Counted from the first letter of the stretch, positions 31,801 to 40,378 are shown. The stretch is 64,000 nucleotides of DNA from Fibrobacteria bacterium (GCA_035275285.1 DATENA010000338.1:5875-69874); one strand, 5' to 3'. Translations and numbers: made by a program. The notes: a model not told the origin generated them from the letters alone.

Positions 31801-33541
31801 CGCGATCCCGCTCCTCCGCGCGCCAGAAGGGAGCCATCTGCGCCTCGCGGGCGGCCTGCGTCGCTTCCACCTCGTTGGCGGTGATGCGGACTATTCGCCA
31901 GCTCTGGTTGCCCAGGGCGAAGGTGTCCCCCTCGCGCCGTTCCCAGACGAACTCTTCGTCCAGCTCGCCCACCTTGGCGCGGGACTCGGCGTGGCGGAGC
32001 GTGTAGAGGCCGCGATCGGGGATGGTGCCGCCGGAGAGGCCCGCCAACAGGGCGGCGCCCTTGCCCGGCGTGATGCGCCCGTCCACGGCGTCCACGGAAA
32101 GGCGGGGCTTGAGTTCGCGGATGCGGGAATCCTGGAACCGGCCGGCCAGCATCTCCATCACCAGGTCGAAATGGGCGCGGGGCAGGTTGCGGTAGGGATG
32201 GCTGGTGCGCAGGAAGGCATACAGCCGGTCCAGGGTCCAGTCCCCGGACGCGGCCATGGAGACGAGGATTTGGGCGAGCAGATCCAGGGGCCCCTCCACG
32301 ATGCGGGTCTCCTCCAGATCGCCCGTCAGCACGCAGCGCACGGCCGTGGCCGCGTCCAGCAGATCCTTGCCGTGGGAGGCGAAGAGCAGGCCCCGGCTGG
32401 TCTCGCCGACCCCGTGGCCCGCCCGCCCGATCTTCTGCAGGGCGGAGGAGATGGAGAACGGCGTCTGCACCAGGATCACCTGGTCCAGGGCCCCGATGTC
32501 GATGCCCAGCTCCAGGGAGTTGGTGGCCACGATGGCGGGCAGCTTGCCTTCCTTCATGCGCGTTTCCACCACGTTGCGGATCTCCCGGGACAGGGAACCG
32601 TGATGCGCGTAGGCGAGGGGCCGTTCCTCGCCTTCGTTGAGGAGGCGGGACATGCGCTCGGAAAGCCGGCGGCTGTTGGTGAAGATGAGAGTGGAACGCG
32701 CCTGGGCGATGCATCCCTTGATCTCCCGGGCCATGGCGGTCCAGATGTCCTGTTCCCCCTCGGAGTGCCCTTCCGGATAGCGGACCCGCAGTTCATAGCG
32801 CTTGGGAACCCGCGAGGCGATGCATTCGACCCGGCGGGGCACGTACCCGGTTTCCCCCAGGATGTAGCCTCCGGCCCAGGCCGCCACGGTTTCCAGCGGC
32901 CGCACCGTGGCCGACAAGGCGATGCGCTGGAATTCCCCCGCCAGGGGGACCAGCCGGTCCACCGCCGTGATGAGGTGGGTGCCCCGCTTGGCGCCGGCCA
33001 CGGCGTGGATTTCGTCCAGGATCACCACTTCCAGATCGCGCAGGGAGTCCCGGCCCGCTCCGGAAAGCAGCATCAGGTTGAGGCTCTCGGGAGTCGTGAT
33101 GAGGATCTCGGGAGGATGCTTGAGCATCCGCCGGCGCTCCGTGGCCGGGGTATCCCCGCTGCGCACCAGCACGCGCACTTCCGGAAACGGCACGCCCGCC
33201 TCCGCGAACCGGCCGCGTAGGGCCTCCAGGGGCGAAAGCAGGTTCTTCCGGATATCGTTGTTGAGGGCCTTCAGCGGGGAAACGTACAGGATCCGGGTGG
33301 CCCCGACGGCCCAGGCGCCCGTTGCGAAACGGTCCAAGGCCCATAGGAAGGCGGTCAGGGTCTTGCCGCTGCCCGTGGGCGCGGTGAGAAGCACATGCCT
33401 GTTTTCGGCGATGCGCGGCCATGCCTGGCGCTGGATGTCGGTGGGCGTTCCGATTTTCTCCCGGAACCAGTCCTGGATGAGGGGGTGGAACAGGGTCAGC
33501 GGATCGATCATGCGGAGCTGCACTTTGCCTTCCCGGCGCAT
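28877..33541 (-). CDS. lhr: large ATP-dependent helicase Lhr (superfamily 2, DEAH)
   Basis: 1554 aa. Walker A TAPTGSGKT, DEIH box, helicase C-terminal motifs, then the long Lhr-type C-terminal extension. Start could be Met1 (MRREGK) or Met11 (MIDPLTL). Confidence 0.85.
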   Translation of the reverse strand: MRREGKVQLRMIDPLTLFHPLIQDWFREKIGTPTDIQRQAWPRIAENRHVLLTAPTGSGKTLTAFLWALDRFATGAWAVGATRILYVSPLKALNNDIRKNLLSPLEALRGRFAEAGVPFPEVRVLVRSGDTPATERRRMLKHPPEILITTPESLNLMLLSGAGRDSLRDLEVVILDEIHAVAGAKRGTHLITAVDRLVPLAGEFQRIALSATVRPLETVAAWAGGYILGETGYVPRRVECIASRVPKRYELRVRYPEGHSEGEQDIWTAMAREIKGCIAQARSTLIFTNSRRLSERMSRLLNEGEERPLAYAHHGSLSREIRNVVETRMKEGKLPAIVATNSLELGIDIGALDQVILVQTPFSISSALQKIGRAGHGVGETSRGLLFASHGKDLLDAATAVRCVLTGDLEETRIVEGPLDLLAQILVSMAASGDWTLDRLYAFLRTSHPYRNLPRAHFDLVMEMLAGRFQDSRIRELKPRLSVDAVDGRITPGKGAALLAGLSGGTIPDRGLYTLRHAESRAKVGELDEEFVWERREGDTFALGNQSWRIVRITANEVEATQAAREAQMAPFWRAEERDRGFHFSRRLGEFLEAADGRLDDPALAEELIRERGLEAPSAAALIGYLRRQKEATRAALPHRRHLLIEDAGEAVGDEAQGLEPHRQILLHAVWGGRLNRPWAYAMAAAYGERTGRALEILTGDDCLLVRLPAGEPAAGLLDLVHPDNLEALLRKRLERTGYFAAHFRENAARALLLPRSTARVRIPLWLNRLRSQTLLQAVSGFADFPVALETWRECLRDEFDLPALKAMLEEVHSGAIRVSETRTGEPSPFAGGLAWKQTNQYMYERDRPAEGPVPGREDLLREIAFSSPLRPRIPRAVIAGFEAKARRLAPGYAPQDAGELVEWAKERLLIPWDEWRALLPGCGAPPEGEARAAHFRHLGSRLLGVILPGAELGAVAAVETLPRVLAALGCEAGTGAGHARISVPFRLRIPEGAAAGLDAASAEAPEDPRTLETASREALDHLARLSRARLERNAPSGREDGEEEDGKEAEGPALAPALSQWLRAYGPVTPEFPRRLFGSAFPAVEEALRELAEGDRVVLDALSEDAAGTEICDAANVEILLRLMRRRSRPAFKTLPAENLPLFLAAWQGPADPARNVEGMQAALEKLLGYPAPAAAWETDILPARAMPYLPSRLDELFRDSDLLWFGAGKEKTAFAFPEDLELFPPPAGEEAPPLSPDRRQVLEILRAAAPGRLDFQAIAARCPLPSDRIGAALWDLAWLGLISNDTFAALRKGVETGFKTALPPAAGESGGASPRRRFQRWKAVRPMAGSWQALNRAPDTRAGGAADALEQEELAKDRVRQALRRYGLLFRELLAHELPALQWPALFRSLRLLELSGEALSGHFFAGIPGLQFISPQALRLIESGLPGEAVYWMSAADPASPCALGLEGLPYALPPRLGSTHLVFHGSELALTSRRLGRDLAIRVPPRHQYLPGYLGALRQLVDRTFLPVKALEVETVNGEPVAGSPYMDDLLDAGFEKGIRTVTLRKRYYG

Positions 33542-33570
33542 CGGCCGCAGGGAAAAGCTAGTTTATTGGC

Positions 33571-35277
33571 ATGGAGGCATTTTTCCAACAGGGACCCGTC
33601 CTCGGAAATCCTTTCGCCGCCGATCCCCTGCTTCAGGCTTTCCTGCGCTGGCGCCTGCCGGCGGATCTGCAGGAAACCCTCGCGCCCGGGCTGCTCGCCT
33701 TCGGCCGCCGCATCGTGGACGAGGTCCAGGAACTGGGCCCGCAAGCCGAATCCCACCCTCCGCGCCTCATTCCTTACAGCCCCTGGGGCGAACGCATCGA
33801 TCAGATCGAGGTGAGCGGGGCCTGGCAGCGCTTGCAGGACATCGCGGCCCGGGAAGGCCTGGTGGCCATCGGCTATGAGCGCGCCGAGGGCGCTTTCTCC
33901 CGCTTGCACCAATTCTCCCGTTTGTACATGTTCCATCCCGACGCCGCCTGGTTCACCTGCCCCCTGGCCATGACCGACGGGGCGGCGCGCGCCCTGGAAC
34001 TGCACGGGGACGATGCCCTGAAGGACCGGGCCCTGGCGCATCTGCTGTCCCGGGACCCGGCCGAGTTCTGGACCGCGGGCCAATGGATGACCGAGCGGGG
34101 AGGCGGATCGGACGTGGGCCACGGCACGGAAACCACCGCCAAGAAGCATGGCGGGGAATACCTGCTGCACGGCGACAAATGGTTCACCTCCGCCACCACC
34201 TCGCCCGTGGCCCTGACCCTGGCCCGCATCGAAGGCGCGCCCGCGGGCGGTTCCGGGCTGAGCCTCTTCTTCGTGGAACTGTTCGACGAAACCGGCCGCC
34301 TGCGCAACATCCGCATCAACCGGCTCAAGGACAAGCTGGGCACCCATGCGCTGCCCACCGCGGAGCTTTCCCTGCAGGGCACGCCGGCGCGCCTGGTGGG
34401 CGACAAGGCCCACGGCATCCGCAAGATGTCCTCCCTGTTCAACCTCACGCGCATCCACAATTCCGTCTACGCGGTCTCCTACATGCGCCGCGCCCTGGCC
34501 CTGGCCAAGGACTACGCGTCCAAGCGCAAGGCCTTCGGCAAGCCCCTGGCCGAGCTTCCCGCCCATGCGGAGACCCTTTCGGAAATGCAGGTGGAATGGG
34601 AGGGGTGCTTCCACCTCACCTTCCACCTGACCCTGCTGCTGGGGCGCGAGGAGACGGGCGAATCCGCCGAAGGGGAAGCGGCCCTGCTGCGCCTGCTCAC
34701 CCCGGTCGCCAAGCTGTTCACCGCCAAGCGGGCGGTTTCCGGGGTGGCGGAAGCCATGGAATGCTTCGGCGGAGCGGGTTACGTGGAGGATACGGGCCTG
34801 CCCGCGCTGATGCGCGACACCTTGGTCCTGCCCATCTGGGAAGGCACCACCAACGTGCTGGCCATGGACGTGCTGCGCGCCATGGAAAAAGAGGGCGCCT
34901 TCGAGCCCTTCGCGGACGACGTGGCCGCGCGCCTGCGCAAGGTCAAGGGGGACGCCCTTTCGGAAAGCGTGCGCCGGGTGCGCAAGGCCCTGGAAACCCT
35001 GCAGGAGGGCCGCCGGCGCATGGACGGCTTCGAATCCGAATTCGCGGAAGCCATCGCCCGCCCCTTCGCCTACGGATTGGCGCGCACCTACATCGGCTCC
35101 CTGCTGCTGGAGTTCGCCTCCTGGATGGCCAACGAGGGCGGGCCCGCTCCCGATCCCAACCAGCTCCGTTCCGCCGCCGTGGCCGTCCGCTGGTGCCGGG
35201 AACCCCTGGTTTCCCTGCCGGACGCGGACTCCGTCCACCGCCGCGTCTCCTCGGACATCCTCAAGGAAAAACCGTAA
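33571..35277 (+). CDS. AidB-like acyl-CoA dehydrogenase family protein
   Basis: The 568-aa translation has an AidB-type N-terminal extension, an ACAD middle beta-barrel (..TERGGGSDVG..), and C-terminal helical domains. Confidence 0.8.
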   Translation: MEAFFQQGPVLGNPFAADPLLQAFLRWRLPADLQETLAPGLLAFGRRIVDEVQELGPQAESHPPRLIPYSPWGERIDQIEVSGAWQRLQDIAAREGLVAIGYERAEGAFSRLHQFSRLYMFHPDAAWFTCPLAMTDGAARALELHGDDALKDRALAHLLSRDPAEFWTAGQWMTERGGGSDVGHGTETTAKKHGGEYLLHGDKWFTSATTSPVALTLARIEGAPAGGSGLSLFFVELFDETGRLRNIRINRLKDKLGTHALPTAELSLQGTPARLVGDKAHGIRKMSSLFNLTRIHNSVYAVSYMRRALALAKDYASKRKAFGKPLAELPAHAETLSEMQVEWEGCFHLTFHLTLLLGREETGESAEGEAALLRLLTPVAKLFTAKRAVSGVAEAMECFGGAGYVEDTGLPALMRDTLVLPIWEGTTNVLAMDVLRAMEKEGAFEPFADDVAARLRKVKGDALSESVRRVRKALETLQEGRRRMDGFESEFAEAIARPFAYGLARTYIGSLLLEFASWMANEGGPAPDPNQLRSAAVAVRWCREPLVSLPDADSVHRRVSSDILKEKP

Positions 35278-35355
35278 CCGCAAGGTTTCCCCTGGGACGG
35301 GCGCGCCCTCCGCGCGCTTTCCGCGCGGGCGGATAGTTGCTAATTTACCCGGACC

Positions 35356-35640
35356 ATGGCCCGCGATGCGAACGATTGGGTGGCATGCCCCCATTGCGGG
35401 GAGCGCATCGACCGCACCGCCAAGTCCTGCCGCCATTGCGGTTCGGACGACAATACCGGCTGGTCCGAGGCCACCTACCTGGACGGCCTCGATCTTCCCG
35501 AGGAAGGGGAATACGAAGACGGCCTGGAGGCGGAAGGGTTCAAGAAACCCGCCCCGGCCCCCAACCGGGTGCTCATGGGGGCGGTTTCCGTGGGGATCCT
35601 GCTGGTCTTCGCCCTGTGGCTCCTGCGCGGGATGTTCTGA
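35356..35640 (+). CDS. double zinc-ribbon protein with C-terminal TM helix (94 aa)
   Basis: CPHCGERI...CRHCGS, then an acidic linker and LMGAVSVGILLVFALWLL. Confidence 0.45.
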   Translation: MARDANDWVACPHCGERIDRTAKSCRHCGSDDNTGWSEATYLDGLDLPEEGEYEDGLEAEGFKKPAPAPNRVLMGAVSVGILLVFALWLLRGMF

Positions 35641-35647
35641 GCGGGAA

Positions 35648-36601
35648 TCAAAACTCCAGTCGTCCCGCCCGGGACCCCACCAAGTCCAGATAGGCTTTTT
35701 TCATGGTCGCCGGCAGGAAACCCGCGGCCAGCACCTTCCGCGCGCGCTCCGGGGTTTTGGCCGCCTGGGCATACGCATTCTCCCGGGTTTTGGCGGGCAG
35801 TCCCAGGCTCTCCGCCAAGGCGTCGAAATCCTTCCGGCGCAGGGTCTTCTTTTTGCCGTTCAGGGCCAGCGCGGTTTCTTCCGGATCCTTGGGAAGCAGG
35901 AGCTTGGTGGCCACCAGATCATAGGCGGGCGAAAGCTGGATTTCATCGGCGAAGGGGCGCCATAGGGAAAAGTTTTTCAGATGCATGTCCGCATTGCCGG
36001 TCAGGAAACAGAACAGGGCCAACTCGAAGAAATTGACCGCGTCCAATCCCGGCTGTGTCGAATACCGCAGGATGGTTTTGCCGATCTGCTCCAGGGAGCC
36101 TTTGTACTTGTCCTCGGTAAGCCGGCCGGTCAATTGGCACATGTCCTCCATGGCGATTTTCGCGCCGTCCATGCGATCGATGCGCTTGGTGAGGTATGCC
36201 AGTTCGCCCGATTTCAACCGGATCAGGGCATGGGGCACCGTGCGTATGCCCCCCGCATCGGCCAAGCGCATGGTGGCGTTTTCCACTTCGGGCATGGCCG
36301 GATATTGTTTGGAAGGCGGCTTGAGGATGTATCGGCCCCAAAGTCCCACCAAGGTGAACCGTCCGGCTTTTCCGGACCCCCGGGAAGCTTCCAGGTCCAG
36401 GGAGATTTTCGCCTGGACTCCGGGGATGGCGGCATGGGCGCGGAGGATCCGGCCCGCCAGCGTTTCCATTTCATCCAATCCGTACTCCAAGCGGGGCGCG
36501 GCGGGGGTCCCGAAAAATTTCCGGCTGCAACGCGGATGGTAGTCTCCCGGTCCGTCCAATCGTTCCATGCAATACAGGCATGTGCCTTCCTTCGCGGTCA
36601 T
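35648..36601 (-). CDS. hipT: HipT-like Ser/Thr kinase toxin (HipA kinase core without N-subdomain 1)
   Basis: Start at MTAKEG, giving 317 aa. Motifs ..ILKPPSKQYPAMPEVENATMRLA.., ..FLTGNADMHLKNFSL.., ..LSPAYDLVAT.. match HipA/HipT catalytic and activation-loop regions. The track start at 36724 lies in the hipS frame overlap and was rejected. Confidence 0.8.
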   Translation of the reverse strand: MTAKEGTCLYCMERLDGPGDYHPRCSRKFFGTPAAPRLEYGLDEMETLAGRILRAHAAIPGVQAKISLDLEASRGSGKAGRFTLVGLWGRYILKPPSKQYPAMPEVENATMRLADAGGIRTVPHALIRLKSGELAYLTKRIDRMDGAKIAMEDMCQLTGRLTEDKYKGSLEQIGKTILRYSTQPGLDAVNFFELALFCFLTGNADMHLKNFSLWRPFADEIQLSPAYDLVATKLLLPKDPEETALALNGKKKTLRRKDFDALAESLGLPAKTRENAYAQAAKTPERARKVLAAGFLPATMKKAYLDLVGSRAGRLEF

Positions 36602-36930
36602 TCCGGCTTTCCCCCGGCCACGATGGAAACGTTCCCGATGCACTCGCGGCAGCATGCGAGCAGCAATCCCATGCGGTCCCTGGGATCGAGCTTCCAGGTT
36701 TTTTCCGCCACGGCCAGCAACCATCCCTCCGGAATCAACCCATCGAAGAACGGGAAGAGCACCTTGGACGTATACGGTTCGGCCCGCAACGGCATCGTCA
36801 AGCTGATGGGCTCGGCATCGCCCGCAGCCAGGTATTCGTGCGCGTATTCGAATCGATACCCTGAATCCGTTTCGCTGATGCTGCCGGCGAAGGTATTCCC
36901 CACCAGCACCCGGGCGCTTCGGAATTCCAT
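36598..36930 (-). CDS. hipS: HipS-like protein (stand-alone HipA N-terminal subdomain)
   Basis: 110 aa, ..VLVGNTFAGSISETDSGYRFEY...PISLTMPL......FPFFDGLIPEGW.. is the HipA_N (Couple_hipA) fold. Its stop overlaps the hipT start (ATGA). Confidence 0.75.
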   Translation of the reverse strand: MEFRSARVLVGNTFAGSISETDSGYRFEYAHEYLAAGDAEPISLTMPLRAEPYTSKVLFPFFDGLIPEGWLLAVAEKTWKLDPRDRMGLLLACCRECIGNVSIVAGGKPE

Positions 36931-36933
36931 GCC

Positions 36934-37206
36934 TTATTTCCGATTCCCGGGTGTGCGGGCATCCGCCGCGGGCCGGTCGATTTTGGCGCGGCGCACCGCT
37001 CCGGTTTCATGGCCGAACAGCCCCAGGATCTGGTTTACCTTGTCCAACCGCAAGGTGGTTTTGCCTTGCTCCAGATCCCGGACGAAGCGCAATCCCACCC
37101 CCGCCTTCAGCGCGAGTTCCTGTTGGGTCAGGCCGGCCTGACCCCTGCGTTCCTTGACGAATTCGGATAGTGTATTCAAATCTATACCCGATCTGGTATA
37201 ATTCAT
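36934..37206 (-). CDS. hipB: HipB-like XRE-family HTH regulator
   Basis: ..RGQAGLTQQELALKAGVGLRFVRDLEQGK.. helix-turn-helix. It ends 1 nt before the hipS start. Confidence 0.75.
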   Translation of the reverse strand: MNYTRSGIDLNTLSEFVKERRGQAGLTQQELALKAGVGLRFVRDLEQGKTTLRLDKVNQILGLFGHETGAVRRAKIDRPAADARTPGNRK

Positions 37207-37280
37207 AAAAAATGGACAGGTTTATACCCTTTCAGGTATACTTGGAATGAATATACGCTTTTTATACCCGATCTGGTATA
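37183..37280. promoter_or_regulatory. three TATACC-N6-GGTATA palindromic operators spaced exactly 40 bp apart (37183-37200, 37223-37240, 37263-37280) at the hipBST promoter
   Basis: Read directly from the sequence as TATACCCGATCTGGTATA, TATACCCTTTCAGGTATA, TATACCCGATCTGGTATA. The first overlaps the hipB start codon. The half-site pattern resembles known HipB operators. Confidence 0.6.
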
Positions 37281-37309
37281 AGTTTGCGAGGGATCAGCGC
37301 ATGCCGCGG

Positions 37310-38917
37310 TCAGTGTTCCTGAAGCGGGAAGAGAAAGGGGATGGTGATGAACCTGGGGCGGGAATCCGGGAAGGCGCGCAATCGCCAGTCCAGCACCCTG
37401 CGCAACAATTCCTGGTCGAACGCGTCCACGCCCGTGCTGCTGCTGACGATGGACCCTTCCAGGACGCGGCCGCCCGGATCCACGGTCAAGCCGATCAGCA
37501 CCTCGCCCGACAGGCCGGGAAAGCCGAGGGCGTAACGGTTGTACAGCTCCTGGAGATTGTCCGCGTCGATATTGGCGGCGGCCTGGACCGAGGCGCGCAG
37601 GATGATTTCCGCCAGGTTGGAGGCCTTGGGCGGCGCCTTGGCGGCCGCGGGCGCGGCGGCTTGCGCGGGAGGAGCGGCCTTCTTGGCGCGGGCCGGGGCA
37701 TCCGGGTTTTGCGCGGCCTTCACGGCCTTCGCGGCGGTCACCGCCGTGGCCGCTTGCGCGGAGGGAACGGGATGGGCGACCGGGACGACCGCGGGCTGGG
37801 TAACCGTAACGTTACTGGCCGGGCGCGCCGGCGCGGCGGAAGCCGCCGGTTTCGCGGACGGCCGGGCAAGCTGTTGCGGGGACATTTTGGGCCGCAGGAA
37901 GGGGACCCGGTTCTCCAAGCCGTCGAACAGGCCGGCCTGGGTGGCGGCGAACAGGCCCAGGCCCAGCACGCCGATGGCGACGATCACCACCGCCGCGATG
38001 GCGAAGTGGAGGGCGGAGCGTTCCGGAAGGCCGCCCCGCAACGCGACGGGGGCGGCTTCCCCGGAGGCTTCCGCGACCTTGCGCAACTGGGCCACCTTGC
38101 GCGTGAGCGCCTGTTCGCGCGTCATGGGCGCGGGGATCCGGTCCAGCCGGATTTCCCCGGAAGGATAGGGCTGCGCGGTCTGCCCGCGCGCGGTGGGCTG
38201 GGCCGGCGCGTCCAAGGTCAGGAATTGGTCCGCCGGCACCGAGAGGGTGGCCATGGGATCCGGGGGCGGCTCGGCGGCTTTGCGCGGCGCCTCGGAGAAA
38301 ACGGTCCCGTTCGGCGATTGCGCCAGGGTGTCCTCCCCCTGCGCGATGAGGGTCTTCTGCATTTCCGCCAACCGGTACAGGCTGGGAGAATGCTCCTTGC
38401 GGATGCGCGCGGAGGGGCCGGTCAGATCCGCGTCGGCCTTGAGCAGGCGGGCGCGGGCATTGGCCATCCATTGCTCCAGGCGTTCGCGCTGGGCGGCCTC
38501 CTCCTTCTCCGCTTCCTGCTTGGCCCGCCGTTCGGCTTCGGCTTCCGCCTCCATCTTGGAGCGGAGGCGGGAGAACTCGTCTTCCGGATTGCCGGTGCGG
38601 TCCGGTTCCCGCCATGCCGATCCGAAAGCGCCTTCCCCGCCGGAGACGGGACCGCGCGCGGCCATTTCCAGGGTGGGCGCGTTGAGGGTTTCCACCGGCG
38701 CGGAAGGGTTGGCCCGCTGGGGCATTTCCAGGGTCGCGTCATGGGCTTGCGCCAGGGCTTCGGACTCTTCGCGGGCGAGGATCTCCGAGCGCGCGCCGGG
38801 CAGGGACGTTGCGGCAGGGTCGGCCTGGGCGGGAAACTCCGGATCGATCAGGTCGAGAGGAACGGGATTGGAAAGGTTGTCCCAGTCCAGATCGTCTTGA
38901 TGGGATTTATCGATCAT
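37310..38917 (-). CDS. TonB-family protein with long N-terminal cytoplasmic region
   Basis: Single TM (..AIAAVVIVAIGVLGLGLFAA..), Pro/Ala/Lys-rich periplasmic linker, and C-terminal TonB_C-like ..LSGEVLIGLTVDPGGRV. Confidence 0.65.
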   Translation of the reverse strand: MIDKSHQDDLDWDNLSNPVPLDLIDPEFPAQADPAATSLPGARSEILAREESEALAQAHDATLEMPQRANPSAPVETLNAPTLEMAARGPVSGGEGAFGSAWREPDRTGNPEDEFSRLRSKMEAEAEAERRAKQEAEKEEAAQRERLEQWMANARARLLKADADLTGPSARIRKEHSPSLYRLAEMQKTLIAQGEDTLAQSPNGTVFSEAPRKAAEPPPDPMATLSVPADQFLTLDAPAQPTARGQTAQPYPSGEIRLDRIPAPMTREQALTRKVAQLRKVAEASGEAAPVALRGGLPERSALHFAIAAVVIVAIGVLGLGLFAATQAGLFDGLENRVPFLRPKMSPQQLARPSAKPAASAAPARPASNVTVTQPAVVPVAHPVPSAQAATAVTAAKAVKAAQNPDAPARAKKAAPPAQAAAPAAAKAPPKASNLAEIILRASVQAAANIDADNLQELYNRYALGFPGLSGEVLIGLTVDPGGRVLEGSIVSSSTGVDAFDQELLRRVLDWRLRAFPDSRPRFITIPFLFPLQEH

Positions 38918-39709
38918 AGAGAACCCGCTTTACCGACTTATCCGGGCAAAATAGGCAGCAATCCAGAAGGTATTAATCCGGAAAGGGGGCCGCAACATGA
39001 CCCCAATGAATTTAAATTTCCGAACCTCAAAACCCCGCAAAAATCACCAAAAAACCGTGTGAAATGACCAGGAATCCGCATGGATGGATTTTGCCATTGT
39101 CTACATGCGATTGGACGTGCGGGAGCCCGCGCGCGTAATCACCGGTAGGCGGGGTTCCCAGTTTGGTTACGCGTTGGGGGGGCGGGGCCGGAGTCATAAC
39201 CGGGCCGGCCGCTTCAGGAGGCGGGACTCCCGGGCTTGCCCGGCGGGAGCCGCATGAGGGCCCGATGGGAGGGGTAACCCGCATGTTAAACCATCCGGAG
39301 GCGACCGCGCTCCATCGACATTGAACCGAATTCCGCGATTTCTTCCAAATCAAAAGCGACGGCACGCGCGCCGCAGGGACCGCGCCCTCGGGGGCGGCCC
39401 GCATTCCTCCGGGTTGGGCCTTGATCGTTACGGAGGTCGACTGGCAATACGTCCATCCCGATGGCGGCGCTTTTTCCCCGGCCAGCGCATGACCTTGCGG
39501 TTGCTGTCGGACAACCTCTCGGACGAACCCTCGCGGCCTGGAGAGCGCGTTTTCGAATCGACCAGTTTCTCGTTTTCCTATCGCCTAAACCGCGCACTTC
39601 CAAGAGCAGGCCAGATCCGCTTGAGGAGTAAGGTTAGTTGAAGAGATAGTAGGTAAAAATGGCTAAAATCAATTAAAAAGACCATTTGCTATTCGGTTTT
39701 TTTTATGTA

Positions 39710-39727
39710 TACTCATACGTATGAGTA
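39710..39727. promoter_or_regulatory. 18-bp perfect palindrome TACTCATACGTATGAGTA overlapping the vapB start codon
   Basis: Self-complementary sequence read directly from the window in an AT-rich promoter region. Likely a VapB/VapBC autoregulatory operator. Confidence 0.5.
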
Positions 39728-39978
39728 AGTCAAAGCGAGCCCAAATTCCAATGCAGCCGGAAGAATATGCACAGCTTCAACGGTTGGCCGAACGCGAAGG
39801 GAAATCCGTGGCCGAATTGGTCCGCATCGCCGTGGCGGACCGGTATTTTATCCAGCCTGGAAAAGACCGTAAGCAAAAAGCATTGGCGAACCTGTTTTCC
39901 TTACAGCCAATCCCGGTCGAAGATTGGAGCATTATGAAAAAGGAATTGTCAGATCGTTATGGCGCCGCTCTTCCTTGA
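39721..39978 (+). CDS. vapB: VapB-type antitoxin (ribbon-helix-helix / CopG-like)
   Basis: 85 aa, ..PEEYAQLQRLAEREGKSVAELVRIAV.. RHH signature. It overlaps the downstream PIN gene by 20 nt. Confidence 0.7.
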   Translation: MSKSKRAQIPMQPEEYAQLQRLAEREGKSVAELVRIAVADRYFIQPGKDRKQKALANLFSLQPIPVEDWSIMKKELSDRYGAALP

Positions 39979-40378
39979 CGCGAACATCTTCTTATATGCA
40001 ATGGGGATCGAGCATCCGGAGAAGGCTCCCTGTCGGAAAGTGCTCGACATGGTGGCGCAAGGCCGCATTGAAGCGGTCACAAGCTCGGAAGTGATGCAAG
40101 AAGTGCTTTACGTTAGGCTTCGAAGAGGGACTCGGAGCGAGGCGTTATCGGCGGTCCGCAACCTCCAGGAAATGGTCGATGCGATACTTCCCGTAACGGG
40201 AGAAAACGTACTGGACGCGTGTGAGCTGCTTTCCCGGTATCCTTCACTGGATGCCCGAGATGCCGTGCATGCCGCTGTGGCCAAAGGGCACGGGATTTCC
40301 AGCATCGTTACGGTCGACAGGGATTTTGAAAGTATCAAGGGACTGCGCCGGCTTTCTCCGACTCAAGCCACTTCTTGA
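39959..40378 (+). CDS. vapC: VapC-type PIN-domain ribonuclease toxin
   Basis: LFLDANIFLY (first Asp), ..SSEVMQE.., ..LDARDAVHAA.., ..VTVDRDF.. are the PIN acidic residues. Confidence 0.8.
   Translation: MAPLFLDANIFLYAMGIEHPEKAPCRKVLDMVAQGRIEAVTSSEVMQEVLYVRLRRGTRSEALSAVRNLQEMVDAILPVTGENVLDACELLSRYPSLDARDAVHAAVAKGHGISSIVTVDRDFESIKGLRRLSPTQATS

Noticed and set aside
29406-33220. Several 700-900-aa ORFs on both strands inside lhr
   Set aside because: They are alternative-frame artefacts in GC-rich DNA. Lhr in the minus frame is continuous and motif-bearing.
35648-36724. Track start of the hipT ORF at 36724 (358 aa)
   Set aside because: The first 41 codons are the hipS gene read in another frame. 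The true start is the ATG overlapping the hipS stop.
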